Shown here one piece after another: positions 46,322 to 58,446 of a stretch of 64,000 nt of DNA. The stretch lies in the NCBI RefSeq assembly GCF_009914755.1, contig NC_060926.1. One strand, written 5' to 3'. The position numbers and the translations under genes are program-made. The DNA comes from the human T2T-CHM13v2.0 reference genome, Homo sapiens. Numbering within the stretch: position 1 is the stretch's first letter; each line of letters opens with the position of its first letter. Below the pieces are notes generated by a model. That model was not told the origin of the DNA and ran no database searches. It worked only from the letters and a program-made list of their open reading frames with translations.

Positions 46322-47048
46322 TATGATGACTATTTGTATGTGTCATTCCTAGGCTTAGGAATGCCCACACAGATAACCAGTAAAATATTATTTGTGAGTG
46401 TGTCCATGAGGCTGTTTTCAGAAGATGCTAACATTTGAATTGGTAGCCTGAGTGAAGAAGACCACACCACAAAATACAGGTGAGTGTCCTCCAACCATCA
46501 ATGGCCTCCCCATGCAATACAGGTGGGTGTCCTCCAACCCATCAACAGCCTCCCCGCACAACACAGGTGGGAACCTCCAACCCATCAACGGCCTCCCTGT
46601 ACAATACAGGCGGGTGTCCTCTAACCCGTCAACAACCTCCCCACGCAACACAGGTGGGTATCCTCCAACCCATCAACGGCCTCCCCACGCAATACAGGTG
46701 GGTGTCCTCCAACCATCAACAGCCTGAACAGAACAAAATGGCAGAAGAAAGGAGAATTCCCTCTCAGCTTCAGCTGGGACATACATCTTCTCCAGTCCTC
46801 AAACCAGGTGCTCCTGGTTCTTGGACCTTTGGGCCTGATCTTGGGCTTACACCATTGGCTTTCCTGGTCCTCAGGCCTCTGGACTTGGCCTCACACCACC
46901 AGCTTTCTTGTGTCTTCAGCTCGCAGACAGCAGATCACAGGACTTCTTGGCCTCTGTAATCACATGAGCCCATTTCCATAACACATCTCCTCCTATATCT
47001 CTATATATCCTGTTGGTTCTGTTTTTCTGGAGAACCTTGACTAATACA
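46322..47048 (+). mobile_element. MLT2 (B/D-like) ERVL solo LTR
   Basis: ...TATGTGTCA start; GGTTCTGTTTTTCTGGAGAACCTTGACTAATACA end; perfect 5-bp TSD GTGTG (46317-46321, 47049-47053). Confidence 0.9.
46473..46725. repeat. 44-bp minisatellite, ~5.8 copies
   Basis: Unit AATACAGGTGGGTGTCCTCCAACCCATCAACGGCCTCCCCACGC. Confidence 0.95.
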
Positions 47049-48011
47049 GTGTGTCTTATATATTCTATGTTTTTTAAAAATCACTCTGACAGTTGCCTGC
47101 AAACAAGTAGATGGGTGAAAAAGAGGAAGCAAGGAAAGAGGTTAGAAAGATGTGATACTAGCTCAGGCTAGAAATGGTAGTGGCACAGTGACTGGAATAA
47201 CGGCAGTTAATACAGAAAAAAACTGGATATGTTGTTGATTAAATAAACAGGAGTTGTCGGTGGATTACATGTGAGGGAGTAGTGTAGAGGGAAATAATAA
47301 TCTCTACTAAAATGCAGACCGTGATGAAAACTCCCAAGTACACTGAGAACCAAGACTGATATCTACCAAATTATGGTGGAATTTTCAAATACTAACAGGC
47401 TGATGGAAGTGAATGAAGAAATGTATCTCTTCGTCTGTGTCTACTGAAGAAATGTGCCACTTTTAACTGTAGGAAAGGTCTTCAACCTGCTCATCTCCTA
47501 ACCCCGTCAGCAAAATCAGCTCTGTGCTGCCTGAATACCCACCAGGGAGGAACCACTTTGGAAGCAGGATCTCTCTCTTCCCACATCATGTCTTAGCTCC
47601 CTTACATCGCCATATGGTGACTGAGGCTCTGAGGACACACACGGAGATAATGCAGCAGGTGACTGCCTGCAGGGAGATGTACACCCCGGGTGGCAGCTTC
47701 AGCAAGAAGAGCTAGGGGCAGTGCATCTTGTGATTAGAACTTCTTCACGGTCTCCGTTGGATCCCAGCATGGTCAGCAGAGGCCCCTGTGTCCTTCATCC
47801 TGGCAGGTTGTGAAGCTGGTCCTCACCCTCTCCTACTCTGTCCGACCTTTGCACACTGCCTCACATTTCTCCTCAATGAGTGCTCCAGCCACTGATGACC
47901 AAACCTGCAGAATTATCCAAAGATGAGACTTTATTGCCATTCAGGCTGTGGGTCAAATCAGTGAGAGAGAAGATGTAGCCTTGTAGAATAGAAGTTTGCT
48001 AGGAAAAGCTT

Positions 48012-48281
48012 TATTCTTTATTATTATTATTATTTTATGTATTCATTTTATTTTTTTAGAAAATAGGGTCTTGCTCAGTCACCCAGGCTGGAGGGCAATG
48101 GTGCAATCATGGTTCACTGCAGCCTCAACCTCCCTGGGCTCAGGTGATCCCCCCACCTAAGCCTCCAAAGTAGCTGGGGCTGCAGGCACGCACCTCCACG
48201 CCTGCGCCTGGTTATAAGTGATCCACCCATCTTAGCTTCCCAAAGTTCTGAAATTACAAGCATGAGCCACCGTACCCGGCT
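48012..48281 (-). mobile_element. AluJ with internal deletion of the central linker region
   Basis: CCACGCCTG joined directly to CCTGGTTATAAGTGATCC; degenerate TSD CTAGGAAAAGCTT / CTAGGGAAAATCTT. Confidence 0.85.
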
Positions 48282-48759
48282 ACTAGGGAAAATCTTACTA
48301 AAAAAAAAAAAAAAAGAAAAAAAAAAAAAAAACCTCAGAACTGGGCCGGGTGTTGTTTATTAACTCATTCTGCAGCTAGTATAGATCTGAGAGAAGGATT
48401 GGAACATCATTCATAGAGACTTTAGCTGCAGTGTAAATAATAGCTAATCTTTCAAAGTCCATAAAGAGAAAGAACCACTTTTGGGTTTTGATGAAAAAAT
48501 AAAAATCCAGGAAAAGGGGACATTGCCTTAAATATCTAAAGAAAGAAAAATTGGGAAAAATTTGAGAAATCTGCTTAGAATTCCCAGTAGGACACAAGAA
48601 AATATATTTCCTATAAAGAGCAAAAAGACACATGGATAAAATAGACTGAGACAAAGAGACAGCATAGGCCATTTCACTCTCACCCATTTAGCCTGGCAGC
48701 AGCATTTAGTACAAGGGCTCATCCCTTTGGCTGCCACACATCACAGGCTCTTCGCATTC

Positions 48760-49885
48760 CTGTCTCATTGCCCATTCCTGCTCTCTTCTGTAGTAATATC
48801 TCCTCATTCCTCTGATCTTGAAAAGTTGGAACACACAAAGACTCAATCTCTGGACCTCTTCTCTCTTCTATTATTCTCTTGGTGATTTCATTCATTCAAT
48901 AAATTGTAAATATCGCCTAACTACTAACCACTCTCTAATTTCTCTAGTACTGACCCCATCATTGACCTTCATATCTGTCTGCCTGTATATCCCTCTCCAT
49001 ACCAACAATATCCTCTTGAATATTAATAGACACTGAAACTCTCACTATGCCCCAAATCAAGATCCTGAAAACTCCTTTCTTACCACCCGCTGCTGGCTTC
49101 CCCATCTAAGCCAATGAGCAACTCCATTCCTTCAGTGACTCAAGTCAAAAATCTTGGAGTCATTTTCAACTCCTTTCGCCTCTTTTACTTTATATCTGAT
49201 CCTCCACCAAATCCCACTGAAAATACCTTCAAGATTATGTCAAAAATTTCTTTTCACCCCAACTATCTCTCTGTGGTCTAAGGTGCCATCATCTTTTACA
49301 AGGATTGTTGTAATTGCCTTCTAACCCCTCTGAGATCTGCTCTTCCCCCTTTATACTCTGTTCTTAACACAGAAGCTGATGTAATGTTTTAAAAATAAAA
49401 ATAAAATCATATTCTTGCTTTAAATAAATTTTTCCAAAGGCTTCCTGACTTACAGAGTGGAAAGTGATGTAATTACAATTGCCTACCAAGCTCACACAAA
49501 CAACTGTGTCCCCCACCACCTCTGATGTTTTCTCCCTGACTCTCCTTCTCTTCAGCCATGTTGCTTCCTGCTGTTCCTCAGACACGGTGGGCAGGGTCCA
49601 ACCTCAAGGTGCTTTTTTGTGAACCCTTTTCCTGGAATTCTTGGCATGCTCTTCATTTCTTTCTCAGTGACTACTGTCTCCCAGACAATTGTCTCTTTCT
49701 GATGATAACAGTTATATCTGATAATCTCACACACCGCAAACACACATACCTAGTTTGTTTGTTTGTTTTATAATGTGTGTCTTTTTGCTCCATGTAGACA
49801 GGAATTTTTGTCTGTTCTATTGATTGCTCAAAACCCAGTGCCTGCAAAAATACCTGGCATATATGAATTAATAAATCCGTGAATA
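48760..49885 (+). mobile_element. L2 (L2a-like) 3' ~1.1 kb
   Basis: CAACTCCATTCCTTCAGTGACTCAAGTCAAAAATCTTGGAGTCAT...CCCAGTGCCTG...CCTGGCATATA. Confidence 0.8.
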
Positions 49886-50057
49886 TAAAGGCCATACACA
49901 AATATAAAAAAGAAACTGAATGAGCAAGGCAAAAGGAAAGTAAAAACAGTAAAACCAAACTATGAACAAGATGTACTAAGCAAATACTGACACTATAAAA
50001 TTAAAATTTAGAATTTCATTTAGAAATAAAACTTAGAATTTATGATTTAATTCTAAT

Positions 50058-50385
<328 letters not shown>

Positions 50386-50589
50386 TGACTAGAAAATTCA
50401 ATAGGAAATAAATTTTTTCAAATGCTATAAAAGGAAAGAAAACATACTAAGCTGTTAAATTTTAAAATTATTATGTAATTCAAATTAAACTGTAAATATC
50501 AGTGCAGAGAAAATCATCAGACACTATTGGAGAAACGTTTCCATGTAAGAATAAAATAAACACAGCTTACTGTGCAGATTAATTAGGTT

Positions 50590-53500
50590 TATTATTTATT
50601 ATACTTTAAGTTCTGGGATACGTGTGCAGAACGTGCAGGCTTGTTACATAGGTATACACGTGCCATGGTGGTTTGCTGCACCCATCAACCCATCATATAC
50701 ATTAGGTATTTCTCCTAATGCTATCCCTCCCTTTGCCCCCCAAATTCCCTGACAGGCCCTGGTGCGTGATGTTCCCCTCCCTGTGCCCATGTGTTCTAAT
50801 TGATCAACTCCCACTTATGAATGAGAACATGAAGTGTTTGGTTTTCTGTTCCTGTGTTAGTTTGCTGAGAATGATGTCTTCATCCATGTCCCTGCAAAGC
50901 ACATAAACTCATTCTTTTTTATGGCTGCATAGTATTCCATGGTGTATATGTGCCACATTTTCCTTATCCAGTCTAACATTGATGGGCATTTGTGTTGGTT
51001 CCAAGTCTTTGCTATTGTGAATAGTGCTGCAGTAAACATACGTGTGCATGTGTCTTTATAGTAGAATGATTTATAATCCTTTGGGTATATACCCAGTAAT
51101 GGGATTGCTGGGTCAAATGGTATTCCTGGTTCTAGCTCCTTAAGGAATCACCACACTGTCTTCCACAATGGTTGAACTAATTTACACTCCTACCAACAGT
51201 GTAAAACCATTCCTATTTCTCCACATCCTCTCCGGCATCTGTGGTTTCCTGATAGTCATGTGGTTTTTAATGATTGCCATTCTAACTGGTGTGAGATGGT
51301 GTCTCATGGTGATTTGATTTGCATTTCTCTAATGACCAGTGATGATGAGCTTTTTTTCACGTTTGTTTGTTGGCCACATAAATGTCTTCTTCTGAGAAGT
51401 GTCTGTTCATATCCTTTGCCCACTTTTTGATGGGGTTGTTTGTTTTTTTCTTGTAAATTTGTTTAAGTTCTTTGTAGATTCTGGATATTAGCCCTTTGTT
51501 AGATGGATAGATTGCAAAAATTTTCCCCCATTCCATAGATTGCCTGTTCACTCTGATGATAGTTTCTTTTGCTGAGCAGAAGCTCTTTAGTTTAATTAGA
51601 TTTCATTTGTCAATTTTGGCCTTTTTGCATTGCCTTTGGTGTTTTAGTCATGAAGTCTTTGCCCATGACTATGTCCTGAATGGTATTGCCTAGGTTTTCT
51701 TCTAAGGTTTTTATGATATTAGGTCTTACATTTAAATCTTTAATCTATCTTGCATTAATTTTTGTATAAGGTGTAAGGAAGGGGTCCAGTTTCCATTTTC
51801 TGCATATGGCTAGCCAGTTTTCCCAGTACCACTTATTAAATAGGGAATCCTGTCCCCATTGCTTGTTTTTGTCAGGTTTGTCAAAGATCAGATGGCTGTA
51901 GATGTGTGGTGTTATTTCTGAGGCCTCTGTTCTGTTCCATTGGGCTATATATTGTTTTGGTACAAGTACCATGCTGTTTTGGTTACTGTAGCCTTGTAAT
52001 ATAGTTTGTAGAAAGGTAACATGAAGCCTCCAGCTTTGTTCTTTTTGCTTAGGATTGTCTTGGCTATACAGGCTTATTTTTGTTTCCATATGAAATTTAA
52101 AGTAATTTTTTCTTATTCAGTGAAGAAAGTCAATGGTAGCTTGGTGGGAATAGCATTGAATCTATAAATTACTTTGGGCACTATGGCCATTTTCACGACA
52201 TTGATTCTTCTTATCCATGAGCATGGAATGTTTTTCCATTTGTTTGTGTCCTCTCTTATTTCCTTGAGCAGTGGTTTATAGTTCTCCTTGAAGAGGTCTT
52301 TCACATCCCTTGTAAGTTGTATTCCTAGGCATTTTATTCTGTTTGTAGCAATTGTGAATGGGAGTTTGCTCATGATTTGGCTCTCTGTTTGTCTATTATT
52401 GGTGTATAGGAACGCTTGTGATTTTTGCACATTGATCTTGTATCCTGAGACTTTGCTGAAGTTGCTTATCAGCTTAAGGAGTTTTGGGGCTGAGAAGATG
52501 GAGTTTTCTAAATATACAATCATCTCACCTGCAAGCAGAGATAATTTGACTTCCTCTCTTCCTATTTGAATATCCTTTATTTCTTTCTCTTGTCTGATTG
52601 CCCTGGCCAGAACTTCCAATACTATGTTGAACAGGAGTGGTGAGAGGGCATCTTTTTTATGTGCCGGTTTTCAAAGGGAATGCTTCCAGCTTTTGTCCAT
52701 TCATTATGATATTGGCTGTGGGTTTGTCATAAATAGCTCTTATTATTTTGAGATATGTTCCATCAATACCTAGTTTTTTAGTGTTTTTAGCACGAAGGGG
52801 TATTGAATTCTTTTGAAGGCCTTTTCTGCATCTATTGAGATAATCATGTGGTTTTTGTATTTAGTCCTGTTTATGTGATGGATTACATTTATTGATTTTC
52901 ATATGTTGAACCAGTCTTGCATCCCAAGGATGAAGCCGACTTGATCATGGTGGATAAATTTTTAATGTGCTACTGAATTCCGTTTGCCAGTATTTTATTG
53001 AAGAACTTTGCATCAGTGTTCATCAGGGACATCGGCCTGAAATTTTTTTGTTGTTGTTGTGTCTCTGCCAGGTTTTGGTATCAGGATGATGCTGGCCTCA
53101 TAAAATTAGTTGAGGAGGAGTCCTTCTTTTTCTATTGTTTGGAATAGTTTCAGAAGGAATGGTACCAGCTCCTCTTTGTACCTCTGGTAGAATTCGGCTG
53201 TGAATCTGTCTGGTCCTGGGCTTTTTTTTTTGGTTGGTAGGCTATTAATTACTGCTTCAATTTCAGAACTTGTTATTGGTCTGTTCAGGGATTCGACTTC
53301 TTCCTAGTTTAGTCTTGGGAGGGTGTATGTGTCCAGGAATTTATCCATTTCTTTTAGATTTTCTTGTTTATTTGTATAGAGGTGTTTATAGTATTCTCTG
53401 ATGGTAGTTTGTATTTCTCAGGGATCAGTGGTGATCTCCCCTTTATCATTTTCTATTGTGTCTATTTGATTCTTCTCTCTTTTCTTCTTTATTAGTGTGG

Positions 53501-54762
53501 CTAGGGGTCTATCTATTTTGTTAATCTTTTCAAAAAATCAGCTCCTGGATTCATTGATTTTTTGAAGGGTTTGTCATGTCTCTATCTCCTTCAGTCCTGC
53601 TCTGATCTTAGTTATTTCTTGCCTTCTGCTAGCTTTTGAATTTGTTTGCTCTTGCTTCTTTAGTTCTTTTAATTGTGATGCTAGGGTGTCGATTTTAGGT
53701 CTTTCCTTCTTTCTCCTGTGGGCATTTAGTGCTATAAATTTCCTTCCAAACACTGCTTTAGCTGTGTCCCAGAGATTCTAGTACATTGTGTCTTTGTTCT
53801 CATTGGTTTCAAAGAACTTACTTATTTCTGCCTTAATTTTGTTATTTGCCCAGTAGTCATTCAGGAGCAGGTTGTTCAGTTTCCATACAGTTATGCTGTT
53901 CTGAGTGAGTTTCTTAATCCTGAGTTCTAATTTGATTGCACTGCAGTCTGAGGGACTTTTTATTATTATTTCCATTCTTTTGCATTTGCTGAGGAGTGTT
54001 TTACTTCCAATTATGTGGTCAATTATAGATTAAGTGCTATGTGGTGCTGAGAAGAATGTATATTCTGTTAATTTGGGGTGAAAAGTTCTGTAGATGTCTA
54101 TTAGTTCCACTTGGTCCAGAGCTGAGTTTAAGTTCTGAATATCCTTGTTGATTTTCTGTTTTGTAGATCTGTCTAATATTGACAATGGGGTGTTAAAGAC
54201 TCCCACTATTATTGTGTTGGAGTCTAAGTCTCTTTTTAGGTCTCTAAGAACTTGTTTTATTAATCTGGGTGTCCTGTATTGGGTGCATATATATTTAAGA
54301 TAGTTAGCTCTTCTTATTGCATTGATCCTTTTACCATTATGCAATGCCCTTCTTTGTCTTTTTTTGATCTTTATTGGTTTAAAGTCTGTTTTATCAGATG
54401 AGGATTGCAACCTCTGCTTTTTCTTTTCTTTTTATTTGCTTGGTAAATCTTCCTCCATCTCTTTATTTTGAGCCTATGTGTGTTTTTGCATGTGAGATGG
54501 TTCTCCTGAATATAGTGTGAATATAGCACTGCCCCTCATGGCTTCCCTTGGCTAGGGGAGTTCCCTGACCCTTTGCACTTCCCAGGTGAGGCAACACCCC
54601 ACCCTGCTCCTGCTTGCCCTCCGCAGGCTGCATCCACTCTTTAACCAGTCCCAATGAGATGAACTGGGTACCTCAGTTGGAAATGCAGAAGTCACTCGCC
54701 ATCTGCGTTGATCTCGCTGGGAGCTGCATGCTGGAGATGTTCCTATTCGGCCATTTTGTCCG
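50590..54762 (-). mobile_element. L1PA7-like LINE-1 with both ends but an internal deletion (most of 5'UTR, all ORF1, ORF2 start)
   Basis: 3'UTR TTAAGTTCTGGGATAC...; ORF2 to ~54525; then first ~230 nt of 5'UTR ending TTCCTATTCGGCCAT. Confidence 0.92.
50860..54525 (-). pseudogene. Disrupted L1 ORF2 (endonuclease/reverse transcriptase)
   Basis: ORF-track fragments 52113-52619 ([14 protein letters not shown]...[12 protein letters not shown]), 54030-54410, 53778-53975, 51357-51551, 50857-51039; many stops and frameshifts; FADD motif decayed to LAGE. Confidence 0.9.
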
Positions 54763-55059
54763 GGATTCAGTCGTTTATTTTATTTTTGACAAGATCTATA
54801 AAATTAGCCACATCTTGGTGCAGTCTGGTGTGTTTTAATTGTAGTGGTCATTCCTCACAAAGGGTCAACTAATGTAAGTCCTTACCACTCTAACAATAAA
54901 TGTCCAAGATAATAGAGCACATCAGATAAAGGACCAAAGTAATTACAGCAAAAATTCTGAGCAAGATAATGAGAATTAGGACATACCCTCAGCAGACATT
55001 GATTTCTAGAGAGAGTGCTATAGAATGGTTAAGAATGTGGCTTCTGAGATTTCAAACAC

Positions 55060-56690
55060 CCGTTACCTGCTGACAATGTTGGATTATATTTTTGCTACTT
55101 TAATGTTTGTGTCCTTTGATTCCATCACCCTGGCTGTTTCTGGATCTTTTTTTCTTGGTTGTTTTTTCTCCTGGTTATGTCATATTTCTTGCTTCTTCAC
55201 ATTCCTGATAATTTTTAGTGGGTGTTTGACACAGTGAATTTTACATTGTTGATTGCTGCATTTTGTTGTTTTCTTTAAGTAGTGTTGGGTTTTTTCCTTG
55301 TACACAGATAAATGACTTCTCCAACCCCCCAAATTTTTCTTCTACACATGCACAGATCATCATCCAGCCAGAGACTTGGGGAACCTTGCTGTAGATCTCC
55401 AGACTCCTCTTTCCGGATAGTTATCTCCTCTCCAGTGTCTCTGCTCCACACACATTTTGGCTGCATTGGTCTGGCCAATATCTGAGGCTAAGGGAGGATT
55501 GTGAGCTTTGTATTGGTTTCTCACTTTGCATCATGGCCTGAAGGCTGACTCTCAGCAATGAGCTGCTGCTACTGTAGGATCTGCCTTGTCTGCGCTCCTC
55601 TTCTCAGAGACCAGAGTCCTGCACAGTCTGTTTTCCCATGTCTGTCAATCACTGTTTTAGATATTGATAAGGACAGGAAACAGACAAATTCCTGGGCAGA
55701 CAGGAACAGGTCCCCTTGAAACTCAACCTTGAAGCCAAAGACAGTTTAAAGCCTGAAAACCGAGCTGATGGTTCCAGATAGAGCCCACAACCAAAGTGAG
55801 AACTTCTATCCCCATCTTACCGTCTCTCTCAATTGATTCCTTCTGGATCATGCCTTTCAACCAATTGAATAGTGCTTTTTCCCAAGCCCACCCATGGACC
55901 AATCAGCATGCCCTCTCCCATTCTGAGCCCATAAAAACCCCTGGACCAGCCTCACAGATGGCTACCCATTTTGGGGCCACCACTTGCAGCTGAGGGCAAC
56001 TTGCCTTCAGGGTCCCTTCTTGCACTTGAGAGCTTTCCTCCTGTCACTCAATAAAATTCTTCTCTGCCTTACTCACACTCTGACATCTGCGTACCTTAAT
56101 TCCTCTTCGTTGCCGAACGAGAACCGGAAACTTGCTGAGCTGTAGGTGGCAGGAATGAATAAGCTGTAACATACCCTCAGTTTGCCAAGCTGTGAGTGGC
56201 AGGAATAAAAGGGCTTGTAACATAGTCCCACTTGTGGAGCTTTGGGAGTGAACAGATGCCGCATTCCTTGGGAGCTGAGACCTTGGGACTCCCTGAGCAA
56301 AGGCTGCAACATATGTTGGGGCTCTGCGGTTGCATCTTCGAGTTTTCGGATGCCACTGCGTTCCCCTTGTCTAAACACTGGCTCCCAACATGGAAGCTGC
56401 TTGCAGCATGCCTGCTCCATCCACAGGCTGAGCACGGAGTCCCTGTTCAGGTGAGGGATCCTGGCTGGAGGGCAAGCCGAGGGCAGCCTGCAGGACCAAG
56501 TTGGTAAAGTGACCCCAGTGGGCCTGAGCTAAGTCCTGGAAAAAGGCCATGGCAGCCACAGAGATTTCCAGCTGCTGACGTGGCAATGAAGGAGTCCTGT
56601 GACGATATTTTTGTTTAGTGTTCTAGTTGTCTAGGGAAAAAGGGTAAAGCCTGTCCTGTTCCTCCATCATGTTAGAAGTAAAGTTCAAAA
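55060..56690 (-). mobile_element. Ancient L1M 5' relic split by an ERV1 LTR
   Basis: CTGTTTTAGATAT|TTTTGTTTAGTGTTCTAGTTGT reads continuously across the LTR; resembles 18500-18630. Confidence 0.55.
55665..56604 (+). mobile_element. ERV1 solo LTR, LTR28/LTR27/MER52-related
   Basis: TGATAAGGACAGGA start, CCAATCAG, CATAAAAA, AATAAA (~56050), GCTGTAACA repeats, CCACAGAGATTTCCAGCTG end; 4-bp TSD ATAT. Confidence 0.82.
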
Positions 56691-56789
56691 GAAGGCATTC
56701 TTACACCAACCCAATGAGGTGTAAAAAGAGTGATTTAGAGAATGTATTACAGAGAAGTCCTTCTCCCACACATATCAATTTAGGAAAAC

Positions 56790-56872
56790 AGGAAAGTTGG
56801 GAATCTGCATTTAGAACAACATCCCAGGTGCTTCTGACATAGGAGGTCCCTAGACCCCCTTGTGAGAAACAA
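56790..56872. mobile_element. MER5-like fragment
   Basis: GGAATCTGCATTTAGAACAACATCCCAGGTGCTTCTGA. Confidence 0.6.
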
Positions 56873-57964
56873 AATAGAAGATGATTAATTTCCCCCAGGC
56901 TATTTTGTCCTGACTTGTGAATACTTTCACATTAAGAAAAAATGACAAGCTCCAAACAAAACAAACAGGAAAACTCTCTCCTCCAATCCTGAAATTAAGC
57001 GTATCTCAATCTTTAATTCTTATCTCTTTCCACCAGATACCGCCCTTCCTTGCCTTGCCTTCACAGAGCAGGTGACCTCCTGCACATGGAAGACAACACT
57101 ACACCCGCTGGGTGACTTACCAGGGGAAGGGAGGGGCCAAGAGCAATAATGAGTAGCACACAACACACAAGAGAGTCTGAGCAGGTGAGGGAGGAGCCTA
57201 TTCAAGTTTTATTTATCATGCGATTAATGCTTTCACTCGGTTCTTTAACCCCATTATCATGGGTCCATTGTGTCTTCTCATCTCCTTTTGCTCTTGACTA
57301 TACAACTTTGTCTTCTTAGGGTGGAAGGTGGGGGGGGGGGTGGCAATAAAGCAACGTATTGTGACAATAAATTGATCATAAGGAATATTTGTTACCCTTA
57401 ATCATCTTGCTATGCAGAGCCTTGAAATGGATACCAACTTTTTCAGGTCTGGAAGCAAAGAAGCTTTTTTATATGGGCTGCTGAGCCCATTGCTGAGACT
57501 GCAATGAACACAGACTATCTTCCAAGATGCTGATATCACTCCACTTTTAGCTTTTATGGCCACTGGGCCAAGATCACTTACCGTCAGGAGATAGGAGCTA
57601 TCGTGATGTTCTTGAACTTCATTCAGCTGGGTATTGAATGGTAAGATGCACACGTTTTCTAAAGAGCGTACACTCCAGTCACTGACTCTGGTCAGTTATC
57701 AATCAGAGCACTCAGAGCACAGTTTATAGAGGAGACGACATTTAAATTGAGTCTTGAAGAATGATAAGAATTCCCCGGACAGTGTGGAATGCCTCAGATT
57801 CAATGATCTTCTTCACCACCTTCAAAGAGCTTGAGCTTGATAGAGTTGTTGAAGCTTTCTGAGTTTTGGTTTCCTCATGTGTATAGTGAGGACCATGATA
57901 TCAAACTCACAGGGTTGTAGTAAAATTTAAAGGGAGCCATTTATGTAAAGTGTGTGACTTATAG

Positions 57965-58446
57965 TGTTAAAGATTGAATTATGTCCACCTTCAAAGAGAT
58001 ATGTTAATGTCTTAGCCCCTAGTACATCAGATTATGACCCTATTTGGAAACAGCGTCTTTATGGACGTGATCAAGTTAAAATGAGGTCATTAGAATGGGC
58101 CCTAATGCAATATAACTGGTATCCTTAAAAAAAAAAAAAAAAAATGGAAACTTGGACACAGAGACAGATATGCACAGAGAGAAAGCCATATGAAGAAACA
58201 CAGGGAAGAAAAGGCCACATGACTACAGTGATGCAAGTCAAAAAAAAACCCCAGATTACAGGGAGCCACCAGGAGCAGAAAGGGGCAAGGAAGTGTTCCT
58301 CCCTAGAGCTGACAGAGAGAGCATGGGCTTGATGACATCTTGATTTTGTGCTTCTAGCTTTGAGAACTGTGAGAAAGTAATTTTCTGTTGTTTTACATCA
58401 TCCAATTTGTGGCCATTTTTTATGGTAACCCTAGGAAGCAAATACA
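57965..58446 (+). mobile_element. MLT1C-like MaLR solo LTR
   Basis: TGTTAAAGATTGAATT...ATTTGGAAACAG...AAATGAGGTCATTAG...AGAACTGTGAGA...CCCTAGGAAGCAAATACA. Confidence 0.88.

Larger units (their letters stand above)
45660..47300 (-). mobile_element. L2 with (CCAT)n tail, interrupted by the MLT2 LTR
   Basis: TCATTCAGCAAATG..., GGTCAGGAAGGCCTCTCTGAGGAGGTAACATTTAAGCTGAGA; resumes after 47053. Confidence 0.75.

Noticed and set aside
46418-46959. 159-aa repetitive ORF and a CRISPR-like periodicity
   Set aside because: Head-to-tail minisatellite in an LTR with no unique spacers; eukaryotic DNA
48297-48357. Solo poly(A) followed by GGGCCGGGTGTTG, possibly the inverted missing centre of the neighbouring AluJ
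   Set aside because: Similarity too short and low-complexity to support
54463-54654. Chimeric 5'UTR-ORF2 ORF across the L1 deletion
   Set aside because: Out of frame with ORF2 and short; downstream ORF2 is destroyed
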